This document shows, piece after piece, positions 30,872-40,358 of a DNA stretch of 64,000 nucleotides. Position numbers and translations under genes: made by a program. Numbering within the stretch: position 1 is the stretch's first letter; the number at the start of each line of letters is the position of its first letter. Origin of the DNA: Candidatus Marinacidobacterales bacterium (GTDB lineage Bacteria > Acidobacteriota > Vicinamibacteria > Marinacidobacterales > DATDRI01); the NCBI GenBank assembly GCA_965226495.1, contig OZ245365.1:1760001-1824000 (forward strand), in the 5' to 3' direction. The notes beneath the pieces are model-generated. The model saw nothing but the letters and a program-made list of their open reading frames with translations. It ran no database searches and was not told the origin of the DNA.

Positions 30872-30907
30872 GTCTTTTTCGTCTCCTTCGTTTCCTTCGT
30901 TTCCTTC
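30872..30907. repeat. Four degenerate 9-bp units (GAAGGAAAC-like on minus) between FAD and Mo subunit genes
   Basis: gtctttttc gtctccttc gtttccttc gtttccttc. Confidence 0.8.
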
Positions 30908-31746
30908 AGGGGGCGCCTCCGAGCTCGTTGAGCGTTCGCCGAACGAGAGTCAGCGCGGCATCGTTTCGATACGCCGCGCTACCGCGCACGTCGTCGATGG
31001 GCGAAAGTGAAGACAAGTGGTGGGCGCCGGTAACTTCACCTAGTTTGGCGTCGAGCGCTCGCCCCACGAGCTCTCGTTCGAGCTCCTTCAATCTTTGGGC
31101 GACGACCGAGCACGAACCGACGGCGATCCGGGCGGCCGCTACGGTTTCGGATTCGAGTTCCACCACGGCGGCGACCATGACGATCGAGATGACGAGATAC
31201 CTACGTGCACCCAACTTGAGGAAGTGCGCGCGGGCGGGTTGTTTCGGCCTCGGGACCTTCAAACCAGTGACAAGCTCGTCCGATTCGAGCGCCGTCTGGC
31301 GATTGCCGGTGACAAAGGCTTCGATGGGTACGGAGCGCTCGCCGCGCGCGGAAGCGATTTGGACTTCAGCTTCGAGCGTCATGAGGTTCGGGACGCCATC
31401 GGCCGCCGGAGAGGCATTACAGATGTTGCCGCAGAGGGTCCCCGCGTTTTGGATCTGAACGCCACCTATCTCGCGTGCCGCCAGCGCGAGGCCGTCGAAC
31501 CAGGAGGGAAGGGGCTTTCGCAGGAGGTCGGTCCAGGTGGTGAGGGAACCAATGTAATAATGGTCGTCCCTCTCCTCTATGGCTCTGAGCCCCGAGATCG
31601 CCGGTGATGTCCAGGACCTTCTCATCGAGCGGTTTGCCAACCCGGGCGGGATAGAAGTCGGTTCCCCCGGCAACGATCACTCGCTTCTCGGCACTCAACG
31701 CTCCGAGCGCCTCTGATAGTTCCGCTGGCCGTAGATAGCTCGTCAT
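30906..31746 (-). CDS. FAD-binding subunit (CoxM/XdhB-like), frameshifted near 31601
   Basis: MTSYLRP...VAGGTDFYP in one frame; IGGVQIQNAGTLCGNICNASPAADG...PIDDVRGSAAYR in the next. Removing one G joins them. Confidence 0.85.
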
Positions 31747-31851
31747 ATCTCCCAAAATCAACGCTTTGGAGGTAAATCTATGCCCAAAGCGATCGGGATT
31801 CAAGGAAGGCCTATGAAGTCACGCGTCCTTCTATTAGACTCCTTGCGGAAT

Positions 31852-33849
31852 ATGGCCCGTACCGTCCCCATCCGACGCAGTCTGCTCGCTAATCTCGTGA
31901 TCATCGTGCTCCTGCTGGGAGGAGCGATCCTTTCCCTCACTTACCTGGGTAGCCAGCGGGCCGTGCGCCGGTTCTCAGAGTCTCTCATCGAACAGACGGT
32001 CGAGCGTGTCGACGCGCAGCTCGACGGGTTCTTTGACCCGGTAACGCGGCAGCTCTTCTATCTTCGACAGTGGAGCGAGGCGGGCTTGCTCGACCTCGAC
32101 GACCCCGCGGCGATCGATGAGCTCCTGAAACCAACGATGCGGCAGTATCCCTGGGTCACTTCGGCTATGGTCGCCAACGATGCCGGTCGCGAGAACATGC
32201 TCCTCCGTACCGATGATCGTTGGGCCGGCCGGCAAATCCGCGTCGGCCCATCGGGTGGACAGGCCCGGTGGCGCCGGTGGGCCGACGATACGGAACCCAC
32301 GTTCTCAGAGGAGCTCCTCGATTACGATCCTCGCGAGAGGCCCTGGTTCCTGGGCGCGGCCAGTCAGCGCGACAACATCTATTGGACCGAGCCTTACACT
32401 TTCTTCACCACCAAGGAACCCGGCATCACCGCCTCGCTGGCCTTCCAGCAGGGAGAGGGCGAGCTTCGTGTTGTGGCTTTCGACGTCTTACTTGCTGACA
32501 TCTCGCGCTTCACGACTAAGATTGACGTGCTGACAGGGGGACGCGCCTTCGTGTTGAGCGAAGATGGTCGACTCATCGGGCTACCCGGCGGCGGGCGTTA
32601 TGACGATCCCGAGGATTTCGAAGAGGATCTGCTCAAGAGGCCGGCCGAGCTTGATACACCGGTCGCGCGAGATCTATCGGCGGCTCTGCTCGGGTTGGAC
32701 TCCCCGAAGGATGAAGCAGTACGGGTTGTTAGTGATGGTGAAGCATGGTGGGGTCAGGTTCACCCCTTCGAGCTTGGTGGCGGACGACAGGTGCTCATCG
32801 GTGTCGCGGTGCCGGAGTCGGATTTGGTCGGTGAAGTGCAGAAACAGCGGGTTGGCATCGTGGCTATTACCCTCCTTATGCTTGTCCTCGGCATTGCTCG
32901 AGCGGTCGTGCTGGCGAACCGTTACAGCCAACCTATCGAAGAACTGGTCCGCGAAAGCGAGCGCATGAGTGGGGGTGACCTCGAGCCCGGTGAGCCGATT
33001 GTTACTCCGGTTCGTGAGGTCCATCGGTTGGCCCAATCGCACGAAACGATGCGCAAGGGACTCCAGACCTTGCTCAAGATCGAACACGACTTGAGGCTGG
33101 CTCGGCGCATCCAGCAAAACACCTTCCCGACGACTCTTCCGCTGCTGCCGGGTTTCGACCTCGACGCATGGAGCGAGCCGGCCGACGAGACCGGAGGCGA
33201 CACCTACGACATCATCGGAATGGGCGGTGCTGCACTGAGCGATCAAATTCTCCTGTCCGAGGGAGAAGCGAGTCGAGCGGTGCTGCTCCTCGCCGACGCG
33301 ACCGGCCATGGTATCGGTCCCGCGCTCTCTGTGACGCAAGTGCGGGCGATGCTGCGCGTCGCGGTGCGAATGTCCCGCGACCTTGTGGAGATCGCAAAAC
33401 TCATGAATGAACAATTGTGCCAGGACTTGCCGCCCGGTCGTTTCATTACTTGTTGGCTGGGTGCCCTCGATCCAGACTCCAAGATATTGACCACCTTTAG
33501 CGCGGGACAAGGGCCACTCGTTCACTACCGAGCGGCGAGCGACGAGTTTAGCGTGACCGAAGCCGACTCGATTCCGCTGGGGCTGATGCCCGCTCTCACT
33601 GGAACGACGCCGGTGAATCTCGAAATGGAGCCCGGCGACATCTACGTGGTTTTCTCGGATGGCATCTATGAATCCACCGACCCCAACGATGAAGAGTTCG
33701 ACGTCGGGCGGACCCTAGAGCTGATTAGAAAACACAAGAACGCCGCTGCCTCGGAGATCATGAAGCACATCCGGGAAGCCGTCGAGGAGTTCACCCAAGG
33801 GGCCCCGCCGGCGGATGACCGTACCGGAATCCTCATTAAGCGGGCCTGA
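31852..33849 (+). CDS. Membrane sensor phosphatase: dCache + HAMP + PP2C/SpoIIE
   Basis: Two TM helices, YDPRERPWF/WTEPY Cache motifs, TGGDTYD, ADATGHG, FSDGI, DDRT. Confidence 0.9.
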   Translation: MARTVPIRRSLLANLVIIVLLLGGAILSLTYLGSQRAVRRFSESLIEQTVERVDAQLDGFFDPVTRQLFYLRQWSEAGLLDLDDPAAIDELLKPTMRQYPWVTSAMVANDAGRENMLLRTDDRWAGRQIRVGPSGGQARWRRWADDTEPTFSEELLDYDPRERPWFLGAASQRDNIYWTEPYTFFTTKEPGITASLAFQQGEGELRVVAFDVLLADISRFTTKIDVLTGGRAFVLSEDGRLIGLPGGGRYDDPEDFEEDLLKRPAELDTPVARDLSAALLGLDSPKDEAVRVVSDGEAWWGQVHPFELGGGRQVLIGVAVPESDLVGEVQKQRVGIVAITLLMLVLGIARAVVLANRYSQPIEELVRESERMSGGDLEPGEPIVTPVREVHRLAQSHETMRKGLQTLLKIEHDLRLARRIQQNTFPTTLPLLPGFDLDAWSEPADETGGDTYDIIGMGGAALSDQILLSEGEASRAVLLLADATGHGIGPALSVTQVRAMLRVAVRMSRDLVEIAKLMNEQLCQDLPPGRFITCWLGALDPDSKILTTFSAGQGPLVHYRAASDEFSVTEADSIPLGLMPALTGTTPVNLEMEPGDIYVVFSDGIYESTDPNDEEFDVGRTLELIRKHKNAAASEIMKHIREAVEEFTQGAPPADDRTGILIKRA

Positions 33850-33870
33850 CAGTCTGACCGCCCGACTGGA

Positions 33871-34260
33871 ATGATGAGCGAGCCAGATTTGGCGGTCCGC
33901 GTCGAATGCTACGCGGGGCATCGTGGAGAGGAGACGCCGAGGAGGTTCTTCCTCGGTGAGCGTGAGGTGGAGGTGGTGGAGGTCCTCGATCGCTGGCTCG
34001 CTCCCGAACACTCTTACTTCAAGCTGAGGGGAGACGACAGCGCGGTTTACATTCTGCAGCACAACGAAGTGACGGACGCTTGGGAGCTCACGATGTCAGC
34101 GCTGACACATCTCTTACATCTCACTTTCGCCGGAACCGCGACGACGCTACTATCCAGCGCTGACACATCTCTTACATCTCACTTTCGCCGGAACCGCGAC
34201 GACGCTACTATTGACATCGCCTCGCCTCAAGCCAGGCCGGATGATTCTTTAGTTGTTTGA
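33871..34260 (+). CDS. Small conserved hypothetical protein; C-terminus extended through a duplicated segment
   Basis: RVECYAGHRGEETPRRF...LDRW...YFKL...WEL looks like a complete domain of about 75 aa. The sequence after about 34097 is the 57-bp repeat. Confidence 0.65.
   Translation: MMSEPDLAVRVECYAGHRGEETPRRFFLGEREVEVVEVLDRWLAPEHSYFKLRGDDSAVYILQHNEVTDAWELTMSALTHLLHLTFAGTATTLLSSADTSLTSHFRRNRDDATIDIASPQARPDDSLVV
34097..34211. repeat. Perfect 57-bp direct duplication (period 58)
   Basis: cagcgctgacacatctcttacatctcactttcgccggaaccgcgacgacgctactat at 34097 and 34155. Confidence 0.95.
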
Positions 34261-35464
34261 CGCTTTGACAAATCGCGAACTGCTAACCGCCGGGCTGCTC
34301 GTCTGCCTCGCAACGGTGGTTCTCGTGTTGTTGCTGGTCCTGCTCGCGATCGCTTTCCGGAGAATCTACCGCAAAATCGAAGCCTGGCAGGAGAGACGCC
34401 GGCTCTCGCTGAGCATTCAAAAACTGCATCTGCTCGAGCGCGCTCAGCTCACCAACTTCATGTTGCTCGTGGCGCGGGTGATTCGAGCTGTCCTGACGGT
34501 CTTCGTCGTGGATGCCTATCTCTCTTACTTCCTCAGTTATTTCCCGGGGATGGATCCTCTGGCGCGCCCCCTTTTTTTCTACATCGTGGCGCCGATCCCT
34601 GGTTTGTGGACGGCGTTTATCGAGTACCTTCCAAAGCTGATCTATATCCTGGTGGTGGTGGCCATCGCATGGTACGGGCTCCAGTTACTGCATTTCGTTT
34701 TTCGGGCCATCGAGTCAGGCATCATTGTCATCCGCGGCTTCCACACCGATTGGGCTGAAATCACGTACAAGATAGTCCGCGCCGTCGTATTGTTCCTGGT
34801 GTTGATCTCTGTTTTTCCTTACCTTCCGGGTGCCGGAAACGAATTCTTCAGCGGCGTATCCCTTTTCGTGGGAGCTCTCATCACTCTGGGCTCGAGCACC
34901 GCGATTGCCAACATCTTCGCTGGATTAGTGCTTGCCTACTCACGGGCGTTTCGAGACGGCGATTGGGTGGAGATCGGAGCCTCGACCGGCCGCGTGGTCG
35001 AGAAGAACCTCCTAGTGACTCGAATACAAACCGCCAAGAACGAGACGATCACGATCCCGAACGGCGCCGTCTTGCGGGGGGAGGTCAAGAACTTCAGCGA
35101 GCTCTCCGGGTCCGACGGTTTGATACTGCACACCACTGTGAGCATTGGTTACGATGTGGACTGGCGCCGGGTTCACGAGCTCCTTTTGTCAGCCGCGGCC
35201 AAAACAACCCACGTGCTCGACGATCCCAATCCCTTCGTTCGGCAACAGAGTCTCGACGATTTCAGTGTTACCTACGAGCTGAACGCCTACACCAATGACG
35301 CTTCTGTGATGGCTGGAACGTACTCGGAGCTCCACCAGAACGTACTGGATGCCTTTAACCAAGCCAACGTGGAAATCATGTCGCCCCACTACCGCGCCGT
35401 GCGGAGCGGGGACCACGCTGCCATTCCGAAGGCATCGTCGCCGGACTCGCCAGGCACGGCGTAG
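34253..35464 (+). CDS. mscS: Small-conductance mechanosensitive channel family protein
   Basis: N-terminal TM helices, IANIFAGLVL, AFRDGDWVEIG, ITIPNG, VSIGYD, IMSPHY. Confidence 0.9.
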   Translation: MFDALTNRELLTAGLLVCLATVVLVLLLVLLAIAFRRIYRKIEAWQERRRLSLSIQKLHLLERAQLTNFMLLVARVIRAVLTVFVVDAYLSYFLSYFPGMDPLARPLFFYIVAPIPGLWTAFIEYLPKLIYILVVVAIAWYGLQLLHFVFRAIESGIIVIRGFHTDWAEITYKIVRAVVLFLVLISVFPYLPGAGNEFFSGVSLFVGALITLGSSTAIANIFAGLVLAYSRAFRDGDWVEIGASTGRVVEKNLLVTRIQTAKNETITIPNGAVLRGEVKNFSELSGSDGLILHTTVSIGYDVDWRRVHELLLSAAAKTTHVLDDPNPFVRQQSLDDFSVTYELNAYTNDASVMAGTYSELHQNVLDAFNQANVEIMSPHYRAVRSGDHAAIPKASSPDSPGTA

Positions 35465-35484
35465 GCGGATGGAGGAAAGTCACC

Positions 35485-36306
35485 GTGCATTCTAGTCTAC
35501 CGAACTGGCTTTTCGTTTGCTTCGCGGTTCTATCGGCATGCGGACAACATGAGGAGGTTGAGCCCGAGGCGGACGCGTCCGACGGCGAGGCGTTGCATGA
35601 AGTCCACTGGGGGTACGGGGGGGAGATCGGTCCCGAGCAGTGGGCCGACCTGCGTCCCGAATTCACCCTGTGCGGGGAAGGGACCGAGCAGTCACCGATC
35701 GACCTCGTGGGGGCGAGGGCAGTTGAGGGCACGGCGCTCGTGCGGAAAATCGGTGAAGAGGTACTCACGCTCGAACAACGGGCGCAGGTCTTGGACCTCA
35801 TGGACAACGGTCATACTATCCAGGTCACGAGCGACGCGGCGGTAGCGATCGACCTTGATGACGAGCATTACGACCTCGTCCAATATCATTTTCACGCTCC
35901 GTCAGAACACACCATCGGCGGCGTGCACGCGCCGCTCGAGGTCCACTCGGTCCATAAGTCCGCGGCTGGCAAGCTGGCGGTCCTCGGCGTGCTGGTCGAG
36001 GAGGGGGAGCGCAACCCGGGCTGGGATCCCTTGCTTGTCGCCTTACCGTCGGGCCCAGGCGATGCGCGCCACCTGGAGGTGCCCGATATCGCCATCGACA
36101 AGATCCAACTGGAGCCGGAAAGCTACTATCGTTACCGGGGCTCGCTGACTACGCCGCCCTGCTCCGAAAGCGTGGAGTGGATTGTGGCTGCCGAGAAGCA
36201 CCAAATCTCGCCGGAGCAGATGGCGGCGCTCACTTCTCATCTCCGTGACAACAACCGCCCGGTCCAGGCGCTTGGCAACCGGGAGATTCTCCTCGTGTCG
36301 AACTAG
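35485..36306 (+). CDS. Alpha-class carbonic anhydrase, probable lipoprotein
   Basis: LSAC lipobox, HWGYGG, QSPID, QYHFH, SEH, EVH, YRGSLTTPPCSE, NNRPVQ. Confidence 0.92.
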   Translation: MHSSLPNWLFVCFAVLSACGQHEEVEPEADASDGEALHEVHWGYGGEIGPEQWADLRPEFTLCGEGTEQSPIDLVGARAVEGTALVRKIGEEVLTLEQRAQVLDLMDNGHTIQVTSDAAVAIDLDDEHYDLVQYHFHAPSEHTIGGVHAPLEVHSVHKSAAGKLAVLGVLVEEGERNPGWDPLLVALPSGPGDARHLEVPDIAIDKIQLEPESYYRYRGSLTTPPCSESVEWIVAAEKHQISPEQMAALTSHLRDNNRPVQALGNREILLVSN

Positions 36307-36318
36307 GAGGAGTCCGCC

Positions 36319-36955
36319 ATGTCAAAAAAGGCTGTGCAAATTATTGTCGGCGCCTTCCTGTCTTCTCTGGCGTACTCGATCGTTCGGTATCACGTCTTCG
36401 AAGCAGTTCCGAGCAAAGACTTCGCGCTCTACGTGTTCAACAAGTGCCTTGGACTCTCCGCCTTCATCCTGCTCACAATCAATTTTGGATTGGGGCCGGC
36501 CAAAGCCCTTGGGGCGGACGTCCCTGACCCGTGGCTTGCGAGCCGGAAGGAGCTCGGAATCTTCAGTTTCATGTTGGTGCTCGCCCATCTGCTTTGTTCG
36601 GTGCTGACCTTCGGATCCGGCGGCTACTACGCCAAGTTCTTCGTGGCAGACGGGAGCCTCAGCGCGATCGGCAGTTGGAGTATGCTGCTGGGCGTTTTGT
36701 CTTTTGTCTGGCTTTGGATCTACAACATCAGCTTCAAGACCCACCAGGAGGGCGATGAGGCCTTCCTGAAACTCATATCGTCCAAGAACTCGCTCATCCT
36801 CGCGGGGCTTTTGAGTGCTGGACACGTGACGGTTATGGGATTCAATGGTTGGATGACTCCCCAGAACTGGGCGGGCGGCATGCCGCCCATCACCTTGGTG
36901 GCGTTCGCCGTTTTTCTCGTGGGGCTTCATTATTAACCTGCGCGGCCGTCGCTAG
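36319..36955 (+). CDS. Ferric-reductase-like transmembrane (MsrQ/STEAP-like) heme protein
   Basis: Six TM helices, WLASRKELG, LAH and GH heme-ligand histidines. As read it stops at 36936; one fewer G at 36921-36924 gives VGFIINLRGRR* ending at 36955. Confidence 0.7.
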
Positions 36956-37010
36956 GGGCCCCAGGACCGGACTGGCGGGGAACTCCGCCGGTCTGGGCGC
37001 CTCCGGGCTT

Positions 37011-37053
37011 GCATAGTCATAAATATAGACTAGTCATATAGTATGACCTATGC
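37011..37053 (+). promoter_or_regulatory. AT-rich palindromic operator/promoter of the toxin-antitoxin pair
   Basis: gcatagtcat...atgacctatgc with repeated TAGTCAT half-sites immediately upstream of the antitoxin. Confidence 0.6.
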
Positions 37054-37065
37054 TATTCTTCAACG

Positions 37066-37290
37066 ATGACAGCAAAAACCATTGGAGCGGCGCAATTTAA
37101 GGAGAAGTGTCTGGCGATTCTCGATGAGGTGGGGCCGGAGGGTATCATCGTGACGAAACACGGAAAGCCCGTGGCGAAACTCATTCCTATCGAGGCGGAT
37201 TCCGCTCACCTCATTGGTAGCCTGAAGGACGAAATCGAGGTCAAGGGAGATATCCTCACCACCGGCGTGCCGTGGAATGCTGAATCTTGA
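37066..37290 (+). CDS. Phd/YefM family antitoxin
   Basis: AAQFKEKCLAILDEV...IVTKHGKPVAKLIP. Confidence 0.9.
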   Translation: MTAKTIGAAQFKEKCLAILDEVGPEGIIVTKHGKPVAKLIPIEADSAHLIGSLKDEIEVKGDILTTGVPWNAES

Positions 37291-37639
37291 CACTCACGTT
37301 CTAGTTTTCGCCCTCGCCGGAGCGCTAAACCGAAAGGAGCAAACGCTTCTTTCCGAGAATCCCTGGAGCATTTCCGCCATCGTGCTGTGGGAGCTCTCGA
37401 AACTCGTCCAGCTCGGCCGGATTGAGTTGGATCTCGAACAACCTAAGATCGAACGAACTTTGAGGCGTATCCACACTTGGCCCTTAACCTGGGAAGTCTG
37501 TCGTCAAAGCTGCCATTTGGATATCAGCAGCGACCCTGCCGACGAGATTATCGCGGCGACGAGTATTGTTGAGAACATTCCCCTGGTGACACGTGACCGC
37601 GCACTTCGAACGTCGCAGATGATTCCGTTTCCCGCGTGA
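37277..37639 (+). CDS. vapC: PIN-domain toxin
   Basis: LDTHVLV, SAIVLWE, DPADEIIAAT, LVTRD. Overlaps the antitoxin by 14 nt. Confidence 0.9.
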   Translation: MLNLDTHVLVFALAGALNRKEQTLLSENPWSISAIVLWELSKLVQLGRIELDLEQPKIERTLRRIHTWPLTWEVCRQSCHLDISSDPADEIIAATSIVENIPLVTRDRALRTSQMIPFPA

Positions 37640-37683
37640 GAATTCGCCGTCAGCGAACCTCGTCCGGGCGTAAGTTTGTCAGA

Positions 37684-37757
37684 CCCTCACCCGGCGTCTG
37701 GCCACCGTTCTGACGGCACTACGTGTCCTGACGCCACCCTCTCCCAGAGGGAGAGGG
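37684..37757. repeat. Intergenic palindromic element (CCCTCACCC...CCCTCTCCC-AGA-GGGAGAGGG)
   Basis: Hairpin ccctctccc/gggagaggg plus an outer ggcgtc/gacgcc stem, between convergent genes. A related copy lies at 43831. Confidence 0.8.
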
Positions 37758-37784
37758 AATAAAGGAAGCCATCATTGCCTTGCG

Positions 37785-38231
37785 TTAGTAGGAGCTCCAG
37801 ACCTTTCCCGTGGAATCGGTGTGGGTGCAATTCACCTGGACCGAGCCCCAATGGGCGGGAACTGACGGATTGTTGAAGTAGATCCAGCCTCCTTCATCGT
37901 CGATATCGGAGGGATCCTTGCCGAGCAACACACGGTTCGTGAAGCCGTGCTTCCTTGGAATCCTCGCCTCAGGGATCTCTTCTAGGTATTTGTGGTCAAG
38001 AGTAAGGGACTCGAGGTCCGGTGGATAGGATCCGACTTCGTCGTGATACTCATAGATGGCGCTTCGGAGGTCATTCAAGCCTTCCTCCGTCGAAACCTCC
38101 ATGTTTCGCGCCATGATCAGAAAGTAAGCGCCAACGGCTGCGAGTACGGCCACGACGAATACAATAAGAAGCAGTTGCGGCTGGGGGATTCCGAAACCTC
38201 TTTCATCTCGAAGGACGCTCCTCTGCTTCAT
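37785..38231 (-). CDS. Type II secretion pseudopilin GspG-like protein
   Basis: ERGF prepilin-like site, hydrophobic helix, LRSAIYEY...YPPDLESL. Confidence 0.65.
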   Translation of the reverse strand: MKQRSVLRDERGFGIPQPQLLLIVFVVAVLAAVGAYFLIMARNMEVSTEEGLNDLRSAIYEYHDEVGSYPPDLESLTLDHKYLEEIPEARIPRKHGFTNRVLLGKDPSDIDDEGGWIYFNNPSVPAHWGSVQVNCTHTDSTGKVWSSY

Positions 38232-38957
38232 CTAGATGCCCACAAGATTGGGATGAATCTTCCGGCAATCCCTCTCGTGTGCCCAGACATCGAGGGGTAG
38301 GGCGACGATCTCGTCGATATCCGGAATCGCTTCTGCATCCTTGCCACGGTCGACGGTATGGATGTAGGTCTTGCAGGATTCGCAAACCTGAACCCGGATG
38401 TGAGTAATCTCCTCGGCGGAGTAATAAGCGAGCTTCTTATCGTCGGCAACGCCGCAGCTTGAGCAAGTGCCGCGAGGAAAAGGCCATTCCGCGAGGCACA
38501 GCGAACACCATAAAGAGAGTTCCGAGCCATGGCCTTCGGGTCTCAGGCACGCAACCTGTGGGGGATGTCCACACCGCGGGCATGACCGCGCTCCCTCAGT
38601 CGTAGTAGAAGGCGCGCTCGCTACCAAACGGGGCTGCAGAAGCACGCGTGCGAAAAAACTGCGGGGGGATCTCACGTCGCGGCGGTCGAGATAGTCTTGC
38701 ATGGTTTTCGCGCCGCTGGTCCGGTCCAATGTCCTGGCTTCTTCTTCGAGTAGCGGTGGGCCGCTCCGCCGAACCAATTCAACCAAGGCGTCCAGCGAAT
38801 CTGCTGGAGACTCTGGGTTGACGGTCTGCTGGAAATCACAGAGGTGGGCCACGAACTCGAGGGCGTCCCGTGAAGCAGGGTACCGGGCGGCTAGTAGGCG
38901 CGCTCTCTTCGCGCGCTCGGAGAAATCGGTCAGCGCTTCGAGATCTCCCGATACCAC
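38232..38957 (-). CDS. fdhE: Formate dehydrogenase maturation protein
   Basis: CPRCG, CSLC..EW...R..CSSC, CESCKTY, DEIVALPLD, PNLVGI. Start is either GTG 38957 or CTG 38933. Confidence 0.88.
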   Translation of the reverse strand: MVSGDLEALTDFSERAKRARLLAARYPASRDALEFVAHLCDFQQTVNPESPADSLDALVELVRRSGPPLLEEEARTLDRTSGAKTMQDYLDRRDVRSPRSFFARVLLQPRLVASAPSTTTEGARSCPRCGHPPQVACLRPEGHGSELSLWCSLCLAEWPFPRGTCSSCGVADDKKLAYYSAEEITHIRVQVCESCKTYIHTVDRGKDAEAIPDIDEIVALPLDVWAHERDCRKIHPNLVGI

Positions 38958-39556
38958 TTGGGGTGATGGGAAGCGGCCCAGCCGGGTCGCACCCAGCCTT
39001 GAATCATGCCGCGAAACGCTTCCGGCACGGCGGCAGTCGCCATGTAGATGTGAACGATGATGCCGCCGATCGAGATGACGGCAGTGGCAGGATGAATGAG
39101 TATAGCCGCGAGCCTGAGCGATCGAGACGTTTGTTCTGGAAACCAAAGTACGAGGCCGCTGGCGAGTAGGAAAACGGCGGCGACCGTCTGCACCCAAAAG
39201 AGCATCTTTTGGCCTGCGTTGAATCGGCCAGGCTCTGGCAGGTCCGTTTCATCATGCTCGATGTATTGGCGCATTTTCTTGAGCCAAACCTTGTCGTCGC
39301 CATCGAGCCTCATCTGGCGTGACCAATTAACGAACATCGTGCCGAGAGCGGTGACGAAAAGAACGCCCGCCCACGGGTGGCCCCAGCGTACTGTTTCTCC
39401 ACCGCCAAGCACGAGCGCTATCCAATAAAGGTGAGGGGTCCAAAGCGCGAGTCCAGTTAGGGCGAGGTAGAGGAAGCTCAAGGCTGTGGTCCAGTGCGCG
39501 ACCCTCTCGCCTAGCGAGAAACGTGGAATTCTGACGTCACTCTGAGGAGGGCTCAT
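38930..39556 (-). CDS. fdnI: Formate dehydrogenase gamma (cytochrome b556) subunit
   Basis: ERVAHW, HPWAG, GRFNAGQK, IVHIY, WAASHHPKW. ATGA overlap with fdnH. Confidence 0.92.
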   Translation of the reverse strand: MSPPQSDVRIPRFSLGERVAHWTTALSFLYLALTGLALWTPHLYWIALVLGGGETVRWGHPWAGVLFVTALGTMFVNWSRQMRLDGDDKVWLKKMRQYIEHDETDLPEPGRFNAGQKMLFWVQTVAAVFLLASGLVLWFPEQTSRSLRLAAILIHPATAVISIGGIIVHIYMATAAVPEAFRGMIQGWVRPGWAASHHPKWYREISKR

Positions 39557-40353
39557 CGTTGTAAGTCTTCGGGGTAGGTCCTCGGTCCGAAACGTAAGTA
39601 ATGAAGGAACGTGCCCAAGATGGCGCCAATGAAGACAAGGCTGCCAATCAATTTCACCGGCCCTTTCCATAACCTCACGGTCAACGGGATCGTTGGGTCC
39701 TTGGGCAGGCCATATCGCTCCGGCTGCGTGGCATCTTTCAGAACGTACAAAACGTGCGTTCCGCCGACACCGGCGGGGTTGTAGACGCCGGCGTTCTCGG
39801 CACCATCCGCTTTCAGCTCTTCGGCTCGCGTCGCCGCGATCTGTACCAGATCTTCGCGAGTACCGAAGGTGAGGCAGTTGGTCGGGCAGACCTTGATACA
39901 GGCGGGTTCGAGGCCGACCGCGGTGCGGTCCGAGCACAACGTGCATTTATAGACCTTCTTCGTGATCGGACTGAGGCGAGGAACATCGAAGGGGCAGCCG
40001 GTGATGCAATAGCCGCAACCGATGCACTTGTCGTGGTCGAAGTCGACGATGCCGTTCTCGAGTCGGAAGATGGCTCCCGGCGCGGGGCAAGCCTCGAGGC
40101 AGCCGGGCTCGACGCAGTGCATGCACTGATATTTCGCCATCAACCAATTGAGCCCACCGTCGTCGTCGGTCTCGAACTCGTTGAACTTGATCACGTTCCA
40201 GAAGTCATACTGGAGGTCGGGCAGGGTCTGGTAGGTGCCGTCGAACGTGCCCATGGCGAAGCCGTTGTCGTTCCACTCCTGACACGCCGCTTCACAAGCC
40301 TTGCAGCCGATACACGTCGTGGTGTCGATCAGTTTTGCAACGGTGTGCGCCAT
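39553..40353 (-). CDS. fdnH: Formate dehydrogenase beta (Fe-S) subunit
   Basis: CIGCKACEAAC, CMHCVEPGCLEACP, CIGCGYCITGCP, KCTLC...PACIKVCP; C-terminal TM helix. Confidence 0.93.
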   Translation of the reverse strand: MAHTVAKLIDTTTCIGCKACEAACQEWNDNGFAMGTFDGTYQTLPDLQYDFWNVIKFNEFETDDDGGLNWLMAKYQCMHCVEPGCLEACPAPGAIFRLENGIVDFDHDKCIGCGYCITGCPFDVPRLSPITKKVYKCTLCSDRTAVGLEPACIKVCPTNCLTFGTREDLVQIAATRAEELKADGAENAGVYNPAGVGGTHVLYVLKDATQPERYGLPKDPTIPLTVRLWKGPVKLIGSLVFIGAILGTFLHYLRFGPRTYPEDLQR

Positions 40354-40358
40354 TCTCT

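Noticed and set aside
34097-34211. CRISPR repeat or tRNA/att site
   Set aside because: Only two adjacent copies with a 1-bp gap; no cloverleaf and no integrase.
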